A DNA stretch of 64,000 nt from Curvularia clavata (Eukaryota), in contig CP089275.1 in the NCBI GenBank assembly GCA_023920165.1, forward strand, positions 1,240,001 to 1,304,000, read 5' to 3'. The notes beneath the pieces are model-generated. The model did no database searches. It was not told the DNA's origin and saw only the letters and a program-made list of their open reading frames with translations. Below, one piece after another: positions 25,285-37,643 of the stretch (the stretch's first letter is position 1; the number at the start of each line of letters is the position of its first letter). The position numbers and the translations under genes were made by a program.

Positions 25285-26496
25285 GGTGGAGTTGACTTGA
25301 GGCTCTTGATTGAGTCTTGGGTGTTGAGGTGAATTCAATGGAGGGCCCGAGACGCTGGATGCTGGACGAGGGTACTTGGAGTCAAACTGCAGGCTCTTTA
25401 TATCCCACCAGACTGCTCTCTTACTAGTGAACGATGCTCGTCTCGGTACTCACATACCGAGCTCGCTCTAGATAGAACCGCCGAGAACTTCTGGCAAAAA
25501 TGCCTCCGCCATGCAGGTGTATACCTGGTCTACCAGCAGTCTGGACAGGTCAATGCTACACTACATGGGCCTAGAGGAGAATTCAGTACTTGGCCTGACG
25601 TATAACCAGCGTGGTAGAGCTTGGCATTCAGCCGCGTGGGGAATGAGAGCACTGTTTATCCACTCAAGAGGTTGATTCGGGAGTGGTTAAGTACCATGAT
25701 GGGCGCCCAATAGAGAGAAATTCTCGCTCCCAAGAGACAGACTGCCGGGAAAGATGGCTCCATTAGGGAAAACCGACAGAATCATTGGGGGCCGTACACG
25801 TTTTTCGAAAAAGCTCTCACAAAATGCGTATTGTTGAGTGACATACTATCACGGTGCTGAAGAAATGGAGACAGTCACGCGCACCTGGAACGAGTCACAA
25901 AAGCTGTTGGTACACTAAACTCAATATACTGTCAAATGGCTTAGCGGAGTGTCATTGAGGTTTTCAAACCAGAAGAATGGATATGCAAACCAGGAATGCC
26001 CCCTAGTAGGGCCATTCTTTGGGCATGTCAACTGTCAACTGTCAGTGTAGTTTTGGTTACGGAGGCCGTAAGTGAGGACCCACTAATCCCACGATAGAGG
26101 ATCTCCACCAACACCCACCGCCAAGACGTGTACCACCTGCTTGCGGAGAAATGCCCGCATATCCACAGCATACGCTTAGCGGTATTGGGCTTGTCGAAAG
26201 ACAGAGAGCAGGCGGTGATTCGATGTGCGCCGAGACTTCGGTAAACGCCAAGGGAAATCATCCAACACGGTACTCAATGCCAAGCGCGGCCATGGCGCCT
26301 CCCGTATGCATGAGCAGGATTGAAAGGCATTTCTTAGGCTCGGGCGGCTCTGCGCCGTGTCTTCACGGCTCTTCTGCTCCGCTCCGCTCATACCACCGAG
26401 GCTTGCCTATAATATATCAGCCAGGCGCGCGGGTCTCCTTTCACCGCACAAAGACCAGTCGACTCTCTGATCAGGCACATTCGTTATTCTCAGACG
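25285..26496. promoter_or_regulatory. Bidirectional PRA1-ZRT1 promoter with six PacC/Rim101 GCCARG sites
   Basis: GCCARG at 25589 and 25620 (minus strand) and at 26120, 26247, 26279 and 26420 (plus strand). TATA-like elements at 25397-25402 (minus) and about 26408 (plus). Confidence 0.7.
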
Positions 26497-28105
26497 ATGC
26501 CCTCGACTATGCGTTCCGCCCTCTATACTGCGGCCCTGCTTTTTGCAGGCACCGTGGCTGCTCAGACGGCAACGGTGACCGTCACAAAACCCGTAGCCAA
26601 CCAGACAACGACAGTCTTCACTACAACTTCGGCTCCCACATTTACTGCCGTGTCGGACTGTCACCCTCACTCGACTGTTCTGTATGTGTCCTTTTCTAGG
26701 TTTGAAACGAAGCCACTAGGCTAACCTAGACAGATGGTGCATGGTTGGCAACGAGGAGTACCAGGTATCTGGACCTACGGCCACTGAGGAGTTCCAATCA
26801 CAATACACGGACTGTCACTCACATTCATCTGAAATGTAGGTATCGGTGACTTAGCGTAAGATATGGCACTAACCCGTTTAGGTACTGTGTCGATGACGCT
26901 GGCGAAGATGTAAAGATCCTCATCAATAACACAGAAGAATCGCACAGCACAGAAGAAGACTCGCATTCCCATGAGGAGCCCGAAGGAGGCTCTGCGAGTG
27001 AGTCCGGAACTGCTGGTCAGCACTGCCACGAACACGCTGGTATCCCCCACTGCGTTGGCGGAAGCTCTGGACCAGTATGCGAAGCCCCTGATCGTGATTA
27101 TAACATTGGTCTCCGGGTCGGTCTTCTCTTCGTCATTCTCGTCACAAGCGCTATCGGCGTCTTCACTCCAATCCTGACCAGGAAGTTCAACCTCGTTGGC
27201 GATGACAACATTGTTTTTGTCGTCTTGAAGCAGTTCGGTACTGGTATCGTCATCTCGACAGCTTTCGTTCATCTCTTTACCCACGCTGATCTCATGTTCT
27301 CGAATGAGTGCCTTGGCAGACTTCAATATGAGGGCACTACCGCTGCGATCTTCATGGCTGGTTTGTTTCTTTCCTTCTTGGTAGACTATCTTGGCGCCCG
27401 TTTTGTTCAGTGGCGCCAGGGCAAGCATGCAGGCAACAGCACCGAGGTGGCAGCTGTCACAGGCGACAGCAAGACCGGTGATGTCTCTTCTGCCCCCAGC
27501 TCGGATCATGGGTCTAGCCATGGCCATGGCGGGCATGCACATGGGCCTATGCACAAGGCTACGCCCATGGAAGAGAAGATCAATGTCATGAACCTTGAGG
27601 CCGGTATTATCTTCCATTCAATCCGTAAGTATACGCCGTTCTTCATACCGCTATCCAGCTAACACCTCTCTCAGTAATTGGCATCACCCTAGTCGTAGCT
27701 AGCGATGCCTTCTTCATTACCCTCTTCATTGTCATCCTCTTCCACCAAATGTTCGAAGGCATCGCACTCGGAACCTGCATTGCCGAGCTCCCTAAAGCCG
27801 CAGCAGGCACGTTGAACAAGCTCATCATGGCTGGTATCTTTGCGCTCATCACGCCCATTGGCATGGCTATTGGCATTGGCGTGCTCGACCACTTCAACGG
27901 CAGTGATCCTAGCACGCTTGTTGCTATCGGAACGCTCGATGCACTTTCGGCTGGTATTCTTGCATGGGTCGGTATTGTGGAGATGTTGGCGAGGGACTGG
28001 ATGCATGGCAAGCTCATGAACGCGAGTCTAACGAGAACCGTGTGTGCGATGATTGCCCTGATTGCTGGACTTATTCTCATGAGTGTGCTTGGCAAATGGG
28101 CATAA
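26497..28105 (+). CDS. zrfC: ZIP-family zinc transporter with extracellular His/Cys-rich N-terminus (Zrt1/ZrfC type)
   Basis: Signal peptide (ATG 26497 or 26509) and three CHxH-x5-C motifs. ZIP motifs KQFGTGIVISTAFVHL, EAGIIFHS and HQMFEGIALG, a His-rich loop, and C-terminal LGKWA. Introns 26682-26733, 26836-26881 and 27625-27674. Confidence 0.95.
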
Positions 28106-28269
28106 GAAGATTTTAGAGAAAAGGATCGGATTTTATGATGCCAAAGTCATGACTTTATGTAACTGCATTGAGAGGAGACGCATTTGGACCCGGTAGATAG
28201 ATAGTGTTATGGTTTATACTGACCTTGAATTACCCCTCGGCATCGTAGACACATAGCTAGCCAATGTGC

Positions 28270-29244
28270 CTACTCCACGATTGTTGCTTTCATACTCTGC
28301 TTTCCGAAGTTGTCCCAAATCTCTGCGTTCCACTCTCTAGAACCGTCTTCATTATGTTGGCCTATTGAGCCCTTCTTCAACAGTATGCGGTAAGGCTCTT
28401 CAACACATAACGGGCTCATGGCTCGATATGCTATGGAGGCCGGTGCGGCCTCCGTATCCCCGCTCTTACTAGTATCTCTCCAGAAATCCAACATGTTAAT
28501 CAAGTTCAGCGGTCCATGCACCACAGCATCACGGTGCCCTTCAACCTCCCTACACCACTCAGGCAAATAGTGTATCTTATGCCCATTAAACGTCAGCGCC
28601 GAAAAACGAAATAGCGAGGTTCGCGTCTGGCAGAAATCCCGCTGATACTCGCCCATTGGCAAAGCCACTTGTTCGGGCTTCTGCGGGGCTTTCATCGGAT
28701 TCTCAGGCGTGAGTTCACGTTGAAACACCCAATTACGACGATCGGTCAATGCAATTCCGTGGTCGTTCGAAAACGTCTTCTCAACTCCTACCACCAGCAT
28801 TTCTCCGCCGTTCTTGAGTTGCTTGGGCTCTGCGCTCAGGAGTTTGGTCGTCTCGCGGACTTCTTGGCCGACTCGCAGCAGTGCGTTGCGGTCTCTCGCC
28901 CATTTCAATTCGCCTCCAGCCCACATGCGCCTTGTAAAGGGGCTGAGGGGATTGACAGTGCGATCTGTGCCGTCTAAGCCCAATTCAGATTCGATAATGG
29001 AGGGTGTGAAGTAGACGAGATGGTAGCCTGGCGGAACGGGTGTTCCTGTTGGAGGCGGATTGAAAGATGATGGTGTGCGGTTTAATGTTATACTGAGAAG
29101 CTGGAGCTGGTTTGCATCGAGAAGCTGTTTCCGGATGGAGACTGGACCTTTCTGGAAGCGAGTGAGGAGTTCGTCGCATGCCTCGGATGCGGAGGCTTGG
29201 TTGCGAGATGTGGTTGTGAAGAGTCTACGGGCTAGGTGTGTCAT
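28270..29244 (-). CDS. Double hot-dog fold acyl-thioester dehydratase/hydratase (HTD2 / mesaconyl- or itaconyl-CoA hydratase-like), probably mitochondrial
   Basis: 324 aa with motifs PPGYHLVYF, RRMWAGG, LFRFSALTFNGHKIHY and VVHGPL. N-terminus is Arg/Thr-rich and lacks acidic residues, like a presequence. Confidence 0.85.
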   Translation of the reverse strand: MTHLARRLFTTTSRNQASASEACDELLTRFQKGPVSIRKQLLDANQLQLLSITLNRTPSSFNPPPTGTPVPPGYHLVYFTPSIIESELGLDGTDRTVNPLSPFTRRMWAGGELKWARDRNALLRVGQEVRETTKLLSAEPKQLKNGGEMLVVGVEKTFSNDHGIALTDRRNWVFQRELTPENPMKAPQKPEQVALPMGEYQRDFCQTRTSLFRFSALTFNGHKIHYLPEWCREVEGHRDAVVHGPLNLINMLDFWRDTSKSGDTEAAPASIAYRAMSPLCVEEPYRILLKKGSIGQHNEDGSREWNAEIWDNFGKQSMKATIVE

Positions 29245-29619
29245 GGCTGAAACCTCCTATTGGAACCGTAATTCTGTGATGTGAATGAATTTATCGACTT
29301 TGTACTGTAGCCGTTCATGATGAGCGGGTGGTGATGGTTCCAAGCCGACGCATAGCCGATATCGATAACAAGGTGCTTCACTCTCACGCACCTACGCCTG
29401 CCTGCGTCGGAAGAGGTGGAATAGCAAGATTACATCTCTTTGTTCTAGAATTCGCACTGTTCTCAACTTATTCGACACCAAGTCGCATAGAACGCGTTTG
29501 CTTGAAAATGCCCTGCTGATGATCCAGTCCCCACGAATTTGCCAAGCCTCCGCTGTCGCCAAGTCAAAACCTGATAACCGACTTCGGCTTCTTTCAAAAT
29601 TCACGCTTCGGCAAACAGC

Positions 29620-31778
29620 ATGTCTGAACGGCCGCGCAAGCGCGCAAAACTAGCATGTGTGACATGCAATGCACGGCGGGTGAAGTGCGATGTCACTGAT
29701 CGACAGCCTTGTACCAACTGTGTGGCCGGCGAGGTGCAGTGTGAAACCCGGGAATCCAAGCGCGGAAAGCACATTAGGAAGCCGCGGGGAGAGACCGAGG
29801 CACACAGCAAGACGTATGCCGGGATGCTCGTATGCTGCTCATCAAAGACGGAGGCTAACATAGCGATAGTCTACCAAATCCGCCGGCTTTCAGCCCGCAA
29901 CGACACGAGGACGAAGTCGCAGCATCGCACGTACTGGCTTCTCTGTCATCCAACTTCAATAGTCCCGTCAACACCCACGCGCCATCCACCAGCAACCAGT
30001 ATCAGTTTTCTGCCCCGTCAATATTAGCAGAACCACGAAACAACCAGTTGGGGACCGAAACTTCTCAGCAAGATGACGCAGTCTTCCTTGGCGAATCCAG
30101 CTCGTTGCGTTATGTGACCGGAGAGCCTACGGCGGCTGCAGCAGAGCGCCGCGAATGTTTCTTCCGCCACGCTGTTCCTCGCGCTGTACGAGCAGAAGCA
30201 CACGTACCGGAGTGGGAGACTGAGCGACGCGTTGCTAGGAAAAAGGCCTTGCAAGCAGAAGGCGTGTTTTCATTTCCTCCAGCCCATGTCCGACAAGAGT
30301 TGCTAGAAGCGTACTTCAAATGGTTCCACCCATATTTCGCGATCCTCGACGAAGACGAGTTCTGGAACTCCTACCACCGGTTTGAATTCTCTGGTCTGCT
30401 TCTACAGGCTATGTTGTTCATTGGCGTAATCCACTGCGATGAATCCACACTCACCAAACTCGGGTGGGGCAATCGCCATCGAGCCAAGTGGTTCTTCTAT
30501 ATCCGAGCAAAAGACATTTACGACGCAACTGTTGAAGCCAATAAGATCAACGTCATTCAGGCCTTGTTTCTGATGAGCTTTTGGAGGGCAGGTGCTTTGT
30601 TGGAGAAAGATGCGCGCCACTGGCTTGGGACAGCTATCAGCCTATCGGAAACACGGGCACTGCATCGTCGAGGGGGGAATGCAGAAGAAAAACTAACAAG
30701 GGTTAAGAGAAGGCTTTGGTGGGCCATCTACGTTCGTGAGAGACAATGTGCATCCGCTCTGGGTCTACCGTGCCGGATACGCGACAAAGATTGCGATGTA
30801 GAGCCTTTGTCATGCTCTGACTTTGCTTATGCGTTTCGATCATCAGCCCCGGCAGAAGAGCGCCATCGCTCGACTGCTTATGCAATAACTATGGTACAGT
30901 TGGCGGTGTTCCTCGGCCGCATAGTCGATGCTGGTTATCTACCCGGACGTACCCTTACACTCGAGGACACAACCAAACTTCGCGATGAGTTATACCAGTG
31001 GAGAGACAATCTTCCTAGCGCCATGCGACTGCACACAGATGCCGGGGACCCACCAAACTTCCAGGCTAGCATGCTTCATCTGGCGTACAATAATCTGCTC
31101 ATTCTTCTCCACCGACCCAGTTTCATCATGGACGAGAGCCGTAGCGCAGCAACCGAAGGCAACGTCGCTCTTCAGGCTGCGGCGCGCAACTCGCGTATAG
31201 TCGAGGACATGTTACCGGATGGAAACATCTGTCATGCGCAGATGCACGTCATCACAAATTTATTCAACACGCTCTGTATCCACGTCGTGAACTTTCGGCG
31301 CTCAAGCGGAAAGGTCAACCGCGCCCTGGCAGAGCACCGAGCAAAACTCTGCCTACTGGGGCTGCAGGAGCTGCAAAAGACATGGGAAGTAACAAACTGG
31401 GTTCTGGAGCTATTCTTTCATTATCTCGATCGCGACATGGCGTCTCGATTAACCATGGAGACGGACAAAACCGGCAGTAACCCGGATGCTGCAGCCCAGG
31501 CGTCTGATGCACCCGCAACGTCTTCTGGTATTCAGCACTCAGCGCAACAAGCTACTGACGGCAGTATAGCTCGCAATGTACAGCCTTCAGGAATAGTTAC
31601 GCCTTCGACAGCGAGCCCGAAGCCTTGGTCTTGGACGTTAGATGAGGCAGATCAGTATCTCTTTATGCAGATTGAAAACGACTTTGCGTTTGGTGAGGGT
31701 GGACTACAGCAGATGGGTCCGGACGAGTTGTTTAGTACTGGTGCGCCAGCGGATTTTGTCTATCGGTCGCAGGAGTAG
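29620..31778 (+). CDS. Zn2Cys6 transcription factor with fungal-specific TF domain (CTF1-beta/FarB-like class)
   Basis: ACVTCNARRVKCDVTDRQPCTNCVAGEVQC. Intron from 29814 to 29863 or 29869 (both in frame). Middle homology region RRLWWAIYVRERQCASALGLPCRI. Confidence 0.9.
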
Positions 31779-33502
31779 GTAGCAGGATGTATGAGGTGTG
31801 CGATACGTGAAGGAGTGAGAGTCAAGCCGTGAATGTAGTCACATGAAACTCTTAACAGGACAAATAAATTTGCATACAAAAGCAATAATCCCAATGAGCG
31901 CCAGCTACGCATCCTAAGGCAAAATACTCAACCATACCTCATTGTCCCTAACTCACCACAACGACCCAACACCACATTCCACCTCACCCCACAAACCCAA
32001 ACCCCCCTCCCCGCTGCCAGCAAACTACAAGCCATTCCATCACCCTGCGTCACCCACTCACACTACCAGCAACCCTCCCCTGTCCCTGTTCCCATCACGC
32101 TAACACCGGCACCTAAAAAAAGCAACTCAACACCTTTTCCACGCTAAAAAACCAGTGAAGTCATCCGAACCAAACTTTGCCATGCTCGAGGGGTTCACCG
32201 AACCCTGCATCGCCGAAACCCCCTTATGTATATAGACCCTTGTATCGTTAGATTGTACAAAGCATAGAGGAGTAACTAAGGTATGGCCCTGCATCTTTTT
32301 TTACTCTTGTCCTGCCTTTTTTCTTTTCCAAACACATTCGACCTGCTACACAGACAAGTACGTACATACGTAGCCATACATACAGCCTGCGCTAGACAAA
32401 AAGCTGCAAACTACCCTAGCTAGCGCAGAACAGTGAGTAATGTCGTACGTTGGGGGAAAATGAGTCCACGTGTCGGGCACCCCTGGGGCTAGACGTCATT
32501 GGCGTTATTTGGCGTCACTGGGGAGGGGAGGGGAGGGTATCACGCGCGTGTTTTGTACAGTAGGTATGTATGTGTGGTGAGGAATAGGGAGGGTGTGTGG
32601 GTATGGAATGGTGTAGAGAAGAGAGGACGATGAAAGGGCAGAATGCCAAGGCAGAGTAAGAGGGGGTGGGTGAAGGAGTCATGTAAGACATGGTAGGGTA
32701 GAGGGTGTTACCTCTTCGTTCTCCAAAGACAAAACAAACAAAAAAGAAGGAAAACAAATCCAAGTCTCATAAGTAGATCACGCGACAACCACTCACCATT
32801 TACAAACACACATAGAGAAACACCACTCGTGAAGAAAGAACTTTCATATTCTAATCTTACTCAAAAAAGTGGTCCAAAAAATGGAAACAGGCCAGCAAGC
32901 AGTAGAACGTAAAACTACATACACAAATGGCATTGCTTAACCCCCCATCCTATAATCTGTCTATCTATTTCCCCCCTCTGCGCCGTAGCTAATGCGAGAA
33001 AGACTAAACCAAAAAAAAAAAGGTAGCCATGCTAAAAGCGCTGGAAACCTCTATACCTGGTAGCAATAAAGGCGCTGCGGAATCGATACTTGCAAGACAT
33101 GTATGCCTTGGTAGTCTTTTCAAGTACTTTAGCTATATGTGGTTCTTGCTTGGGGAAATGCTGTCATGCCTGCGCCTGGTAATGAGAATGTGAGGGCTGT
33201 GTTGCCTGATATGCTCTTGCTGCGGCGGACTCGAATCAAATAACGATAACCAGACTTCAGTCTGTTGCCATGGAAGCCGGCTGAGGATGGGCGCACTGTT
33301 TGCATGTGTTGTTCCTGCTTGCTACCAGACGCTTAAAACTTCCGGTCCACGATACTGTTGCATAATTCTTTTGTCCACATCGTTTCCGGAAAGGACGCTT
33401 TTGTCTTTAGAACTAAGTTTTTCTTCGCCTCTTCGACATGAACGTGAGTGCATGTTCCAAACTAGAAAGCGCTTGGTTCCAATGCACAAGCTCGTTCATT
33501 CA

Positions 33503-36126
33503 TCACCTATCTCCGTTCTCGTACTTCTTGGACCGATCGCGGTCATCATAGTCGCTGTCATCATCGTAACGGCGACGACGCTCGCGTTCGTGATGGTAGC
33601 GGTCACGGTCGTCATCGCGATCGTCGTCATCATCATCGTCCCTGGAGCGGCGACTCCGCCTGTCGCGATCCTCTCTCTCTCGTCGCTCATGATCGTACTC
33701 GTTGTCTTCTAAACGGTTGTTAGCACTGGCTTTCTTACCAATTCATTCAGCAACTCACCTCGTGCCTCGCGAATCTTCCTCGTACGATCAGCGAGTTTCT
33801 GAATCTCTTCCTTCGTCAAGACTCTGAGTACGATCACGCAGTCCATCCGTTCTTCGAACCGTTCTTTGGCCTGCTCCAGGGCTTCTGGGTTGACCAGACG
33901 GCGATCAATCCTGGTCCAGCGAGCGCCAACAGGAATATCCTTGCCCTTGAGGGCGTCCTTGTGGGGCGCTACGCCTTCACGGATAGGCTCTGGGTCTTCA
34001 GGAAACTTGGCAGTAGGCTTGCGAAGAATACCCTTGACAGGGGCCACAGGCTCCTTGGGCGGTTCGACAATCTGCACGCTCTTGCTAGCAGGCTCTGTCT
34101 CCTTGTCGAGAGCCTCAGGCTCCTGCACCAAACCTCCGTTATGGGTGGCAGACGAACGTTCGTCAGGCCGAGAGCTGGGGGCATCCCTCGGAGGTGATGC
34201 ACGTGACTGCTCTTCTGGGCCTCTGGACCGGGACCTCTCACGTTCTTCCTTGCGTCTTCTTCGCTCCTTCTCCCGATCAGAATCACTCTCTCGGTCACGG
34301 TTGCTGCGGCTGGCACGCTCGGCCTCCTGCTGGATCCGTCTTCTGTACTCTTCGTCTGGATCCACAGCAGCTGGTTGCGGAGCAGGCTCCTTTCGCCTCT
34401 CAGCATCCCGGTCAACGTAGTGCCGTGGCCGCTCATCGCCACTACCTTCAGGTGAAGGAACCTTCCTAGAAGAAACCTTCTCCTTGTCGTCGTCCTCGTG
34501 CCGGCGATCACGATATTTGCGATCTGGCTCGGGATAGGGTGGGTAGTCAGGGGCGGCGATCTGGGCAGGAGCGGCGGGAGCGGTAGTAGGGGCGGCGGCA
34601 GCGACAGGGGCGACCGGCGCTGGTGCTAGTGAGTTACGACGGCCTTCGGGCTTCCTCTCACGTCGCTCGTCTGGACGATCTTGCCTATCACGCTCATCGT
34701 ACTCCTTTCGGCGCTCGCGTTCGCGTTCTCCAGAAGAATCTCGGTCACTGCCGCGCTCCTTTTCCCGAGCCTTCATGTAACCGGCGGCACCCAGGGTAGC
34801 AGCGACGCCAGCAACAGCGCCGGCGGCAGTTGGAACAAAACTACCATTGCTCTCATACTTGTCATGTTTGCCATGGTCGCGCTCACGTGGACGGCGGTCA
34901 TAGTCAGGAGCAGGGACATCGCGCTCACGGGAACTGCGAACTTCGGGCATGCGAGCCTCAGCACGCTCAGGCTGATAGTACGAGCTAGCAGGCTCCTGCT
35001 GCCTGGTTCGAAGAGGCTCTTGAGGGGGGTAAAGTGGTTGTCGGTCCAGAGCATGGTGGTCGTGGGCCAGGGTCGGGGGACCGGTGGCAATGCCGAATCC
35101 TCGAGAAGTGACGTCACGATCCTCGAAAGCGGTGGTGTGGCGTTTATTCTCAGCGTCGCGGCGTGCGTAGTCGTCGCGGTACGTATCACGGCGGTGCTCG
35201 CGAGGCTCCTGATGGACGGCGGCGGGGGCTCGAGAGCGTGTAGACGAGGAGCGACCAAGGTGTGCGTCGGGGTAGGGGTCGTACTTAGGAACGGGGGTTC
35301 TGTCAATCGAAGACGATCGGCCGTGAGCCCGTGGAGCGCTGTGAATTTTATCAAACCCTCGAGTTGATGGTGGGGGGCCGAGCTCGCGGGTAGAGGAGCG
35401 TGGTGGACGTTCGTTGATCATGCTTGTCGGGCGGGAACTGCGCTCTATACTGCCAGCACGGGGTCGTCGCCACGCAGGCTCTGTATCGCGGTACATGCTG
35501 GCTGGATCTGTGTAAGAATAGCCGTCGTTGCCCGTGTCCGAAAGACGTGGCACAGGTTTAGCATCGTGGTAGGTACGGCCACCGCTCGTGACGTTATAGC
35601 CCCTATCCGTATGGTGGCGTGAAGCGTCGACTTCTGCTACCAGCTTGGTCAAGTGGCTGGTGTCGTCAACGCTGTAGACCTTCTTATGGGATCGTGAAGA
35701 AGCTCCGGTAATGTACGTATCGCCCCGTTTGTCGTAGGAAGATGCCAAGGGGCTTCTGGGACGGTCGGCATGGCTGGAGGTGTGGGGCGAGTAGGGTGTG
35801 CGGAGCGGGAGGGATGTCTGGGGGAGGGCACTGGTGCTCACGTTGGGCCGACTCAGGTCGTTGGTGTTGCGCCGGGGGCGGGTTGTGTACGAGTCGTACT
35901 TGTAGTTGCTGGAGCGGGCAGCGGCCAGGGAGCTGGTGGGCTGGTTCCAGTATGGCGAATGGTAGGTCGAGGCAGCGGCCAAACGATCGACGCTCGCCCG
36001 TGGTGAGCTGGGACGGGCATAATACGACGAGTCGTAGTAGGGGTCAGCAAAGCCGCCGGTTGAGGCTCTTGCGGGATTGCCGTAGGCCCTTCGGGGAGAC
36101 GAGGGGCGGGTGTACCGCGAGTCCAT
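33503..36126 (-). CDS. Large Arg/Asp/Glu-rich disordered protein with a conserved fungal C-terminal domain
   Basis: Long ORF; start is ATG 36126 (MDSRYTRPSSP) or the in-frame ATG at 36303. C-terminal block KGILRKPTAKFPEDP...ARWTRIDRRLVNPEAL...CVIVLRVLTKEEIQ. Intron 33758-33709 leads to an RD-rich last exon ending at TGA 33505-33503. Confidence 0.85.
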
Positions 36127-37643
36127 GGTGCCCGACAACTTGACCGTCTTGATGTGCAGCGGCGTGGTTTTGGCAGCGGTTTTGGCAGCAGGCGTCGTGG
36201 CTAGGCTATTTCTACGCGGGGGAAGGGGCGGCGCAGCGGTGGGGGAATAAGTAGTGCCCCTTGGGCCCAGCGGGCTGGTGGGTAGGAGAACGCTGCCCAA
36301 CATGTTGTTAGTTCGGAGGTGAAACGGTCAGATCAGCAGAGGCAAGAGCAGGCGGGGGAGGAAGAAGAAGAGGCCGACATGGCACACAAACGAGGGCAAA
36401 CGAGACAGATTGGAAACTGGGAGACTGGCAAGAAAATGAAGCCGCAGCTTGACGTACATAAAAGCGTCTCAATGCCGGGCGAGTGCCGGGAGGGGGGGCC
36501 ACCGCACGAGTATCGTGGTTCGACGACGGCTAGGAGGCGCGAACCGGTTGCCGGCTGGGACGTACAGGCGGCGTGGGACAGAGCAGGAGCGCCCAAGTTT
36601 CCCACAACAAGTGGTGACGCCGAGGCGTGACAGGGGACGGGGGTGAGGATGGTGTGTGTCGAGGCGGTGCCCTGGGATGTGCCTGGGAGCGCTGTGCACA
36701 CAATAGTGGAGACTTGGCGAGGCAGCGAGTGAGGCGGGCACTGGGTATGTAGGGCGCCGGGGAAGGAAGGGCACGCGACGGCGGCGGGCAGCGGGCGGGC
36801 GTAAGGATGGATGTGCGGAGGATATGCGGTGAGGGTGGCTCTGTGTGTGTGCGTATGTATGTACGGCCTAGTATGCGTATGGGTGTGTGAGCGTGTATGG
36901 GAGAGAGGGCATGTACGAGGCGTGGGTTTGGGCTGTGAGAGGATGACAGCGCCAGTGGCCCGGTTGCGAGGTTGCACCTACTTCTGACGCACTATGTCAT
37001 CGCTCGCTCGCTTGGGCCCGTTTAGGCCAGGGTCCCCCGGCGCAGCTTTTTTTTCTTCTGCCCGCATTCGCTAGTCCGGGTCCGTCTACCTGTGTGCTTG
37101 TATTCTGCTTACCAAGTACATGTATAGCAGATATCACCACCCCATTCCATCTCCACTCCGCTACCAGGCTGCCCGCTGCTCTCGCCGCCCGCCACGCTTC
37201 ACTCTGGCCCGCGCTCCGGTTCTCGTGCTCCGCTGTGGCCCTCGCCTCGTTTCCAACCCGCCGTTACAGGTACATGGCCGTCCGTCAGGCAGCCATAGCC
37301 CTGCCCGTCGTCTGCTGCCCAGCCTCGCCCGCCGGGACAACCCCGTGACTTGCTCTGCAAAGGCTCGCCATGGGCGGCCCGAATCAATCGCCTGTTCGGT
37401 CACGATCTTCACTGTACGGACACGTTGTACTCATCCCTGCCTGTCATCGAACAAGACGACTTGTAACAGGCCGGCATGCGCGCGGTGCCCACTAAAACCT
37501 CATGATTTGGGCATCTTGCTACTGTACTAACTGTATTATCATTACCGAAACATGTCGCATTCCTACATACTACACTAACCCGCTACATGCGCTGCGACGT
37601 AAGCACTCGACGCCGCCTGCATGTGCTTTTTGCCATCGCTGCC

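Noticed and set aside
32255..32305. AGAGGAG...ATGGCCCTGC followed by a T-run, faintly like U6 snRNA
   Set aside because: The invariant ACAGAGA box and the rest of U6 are absent.
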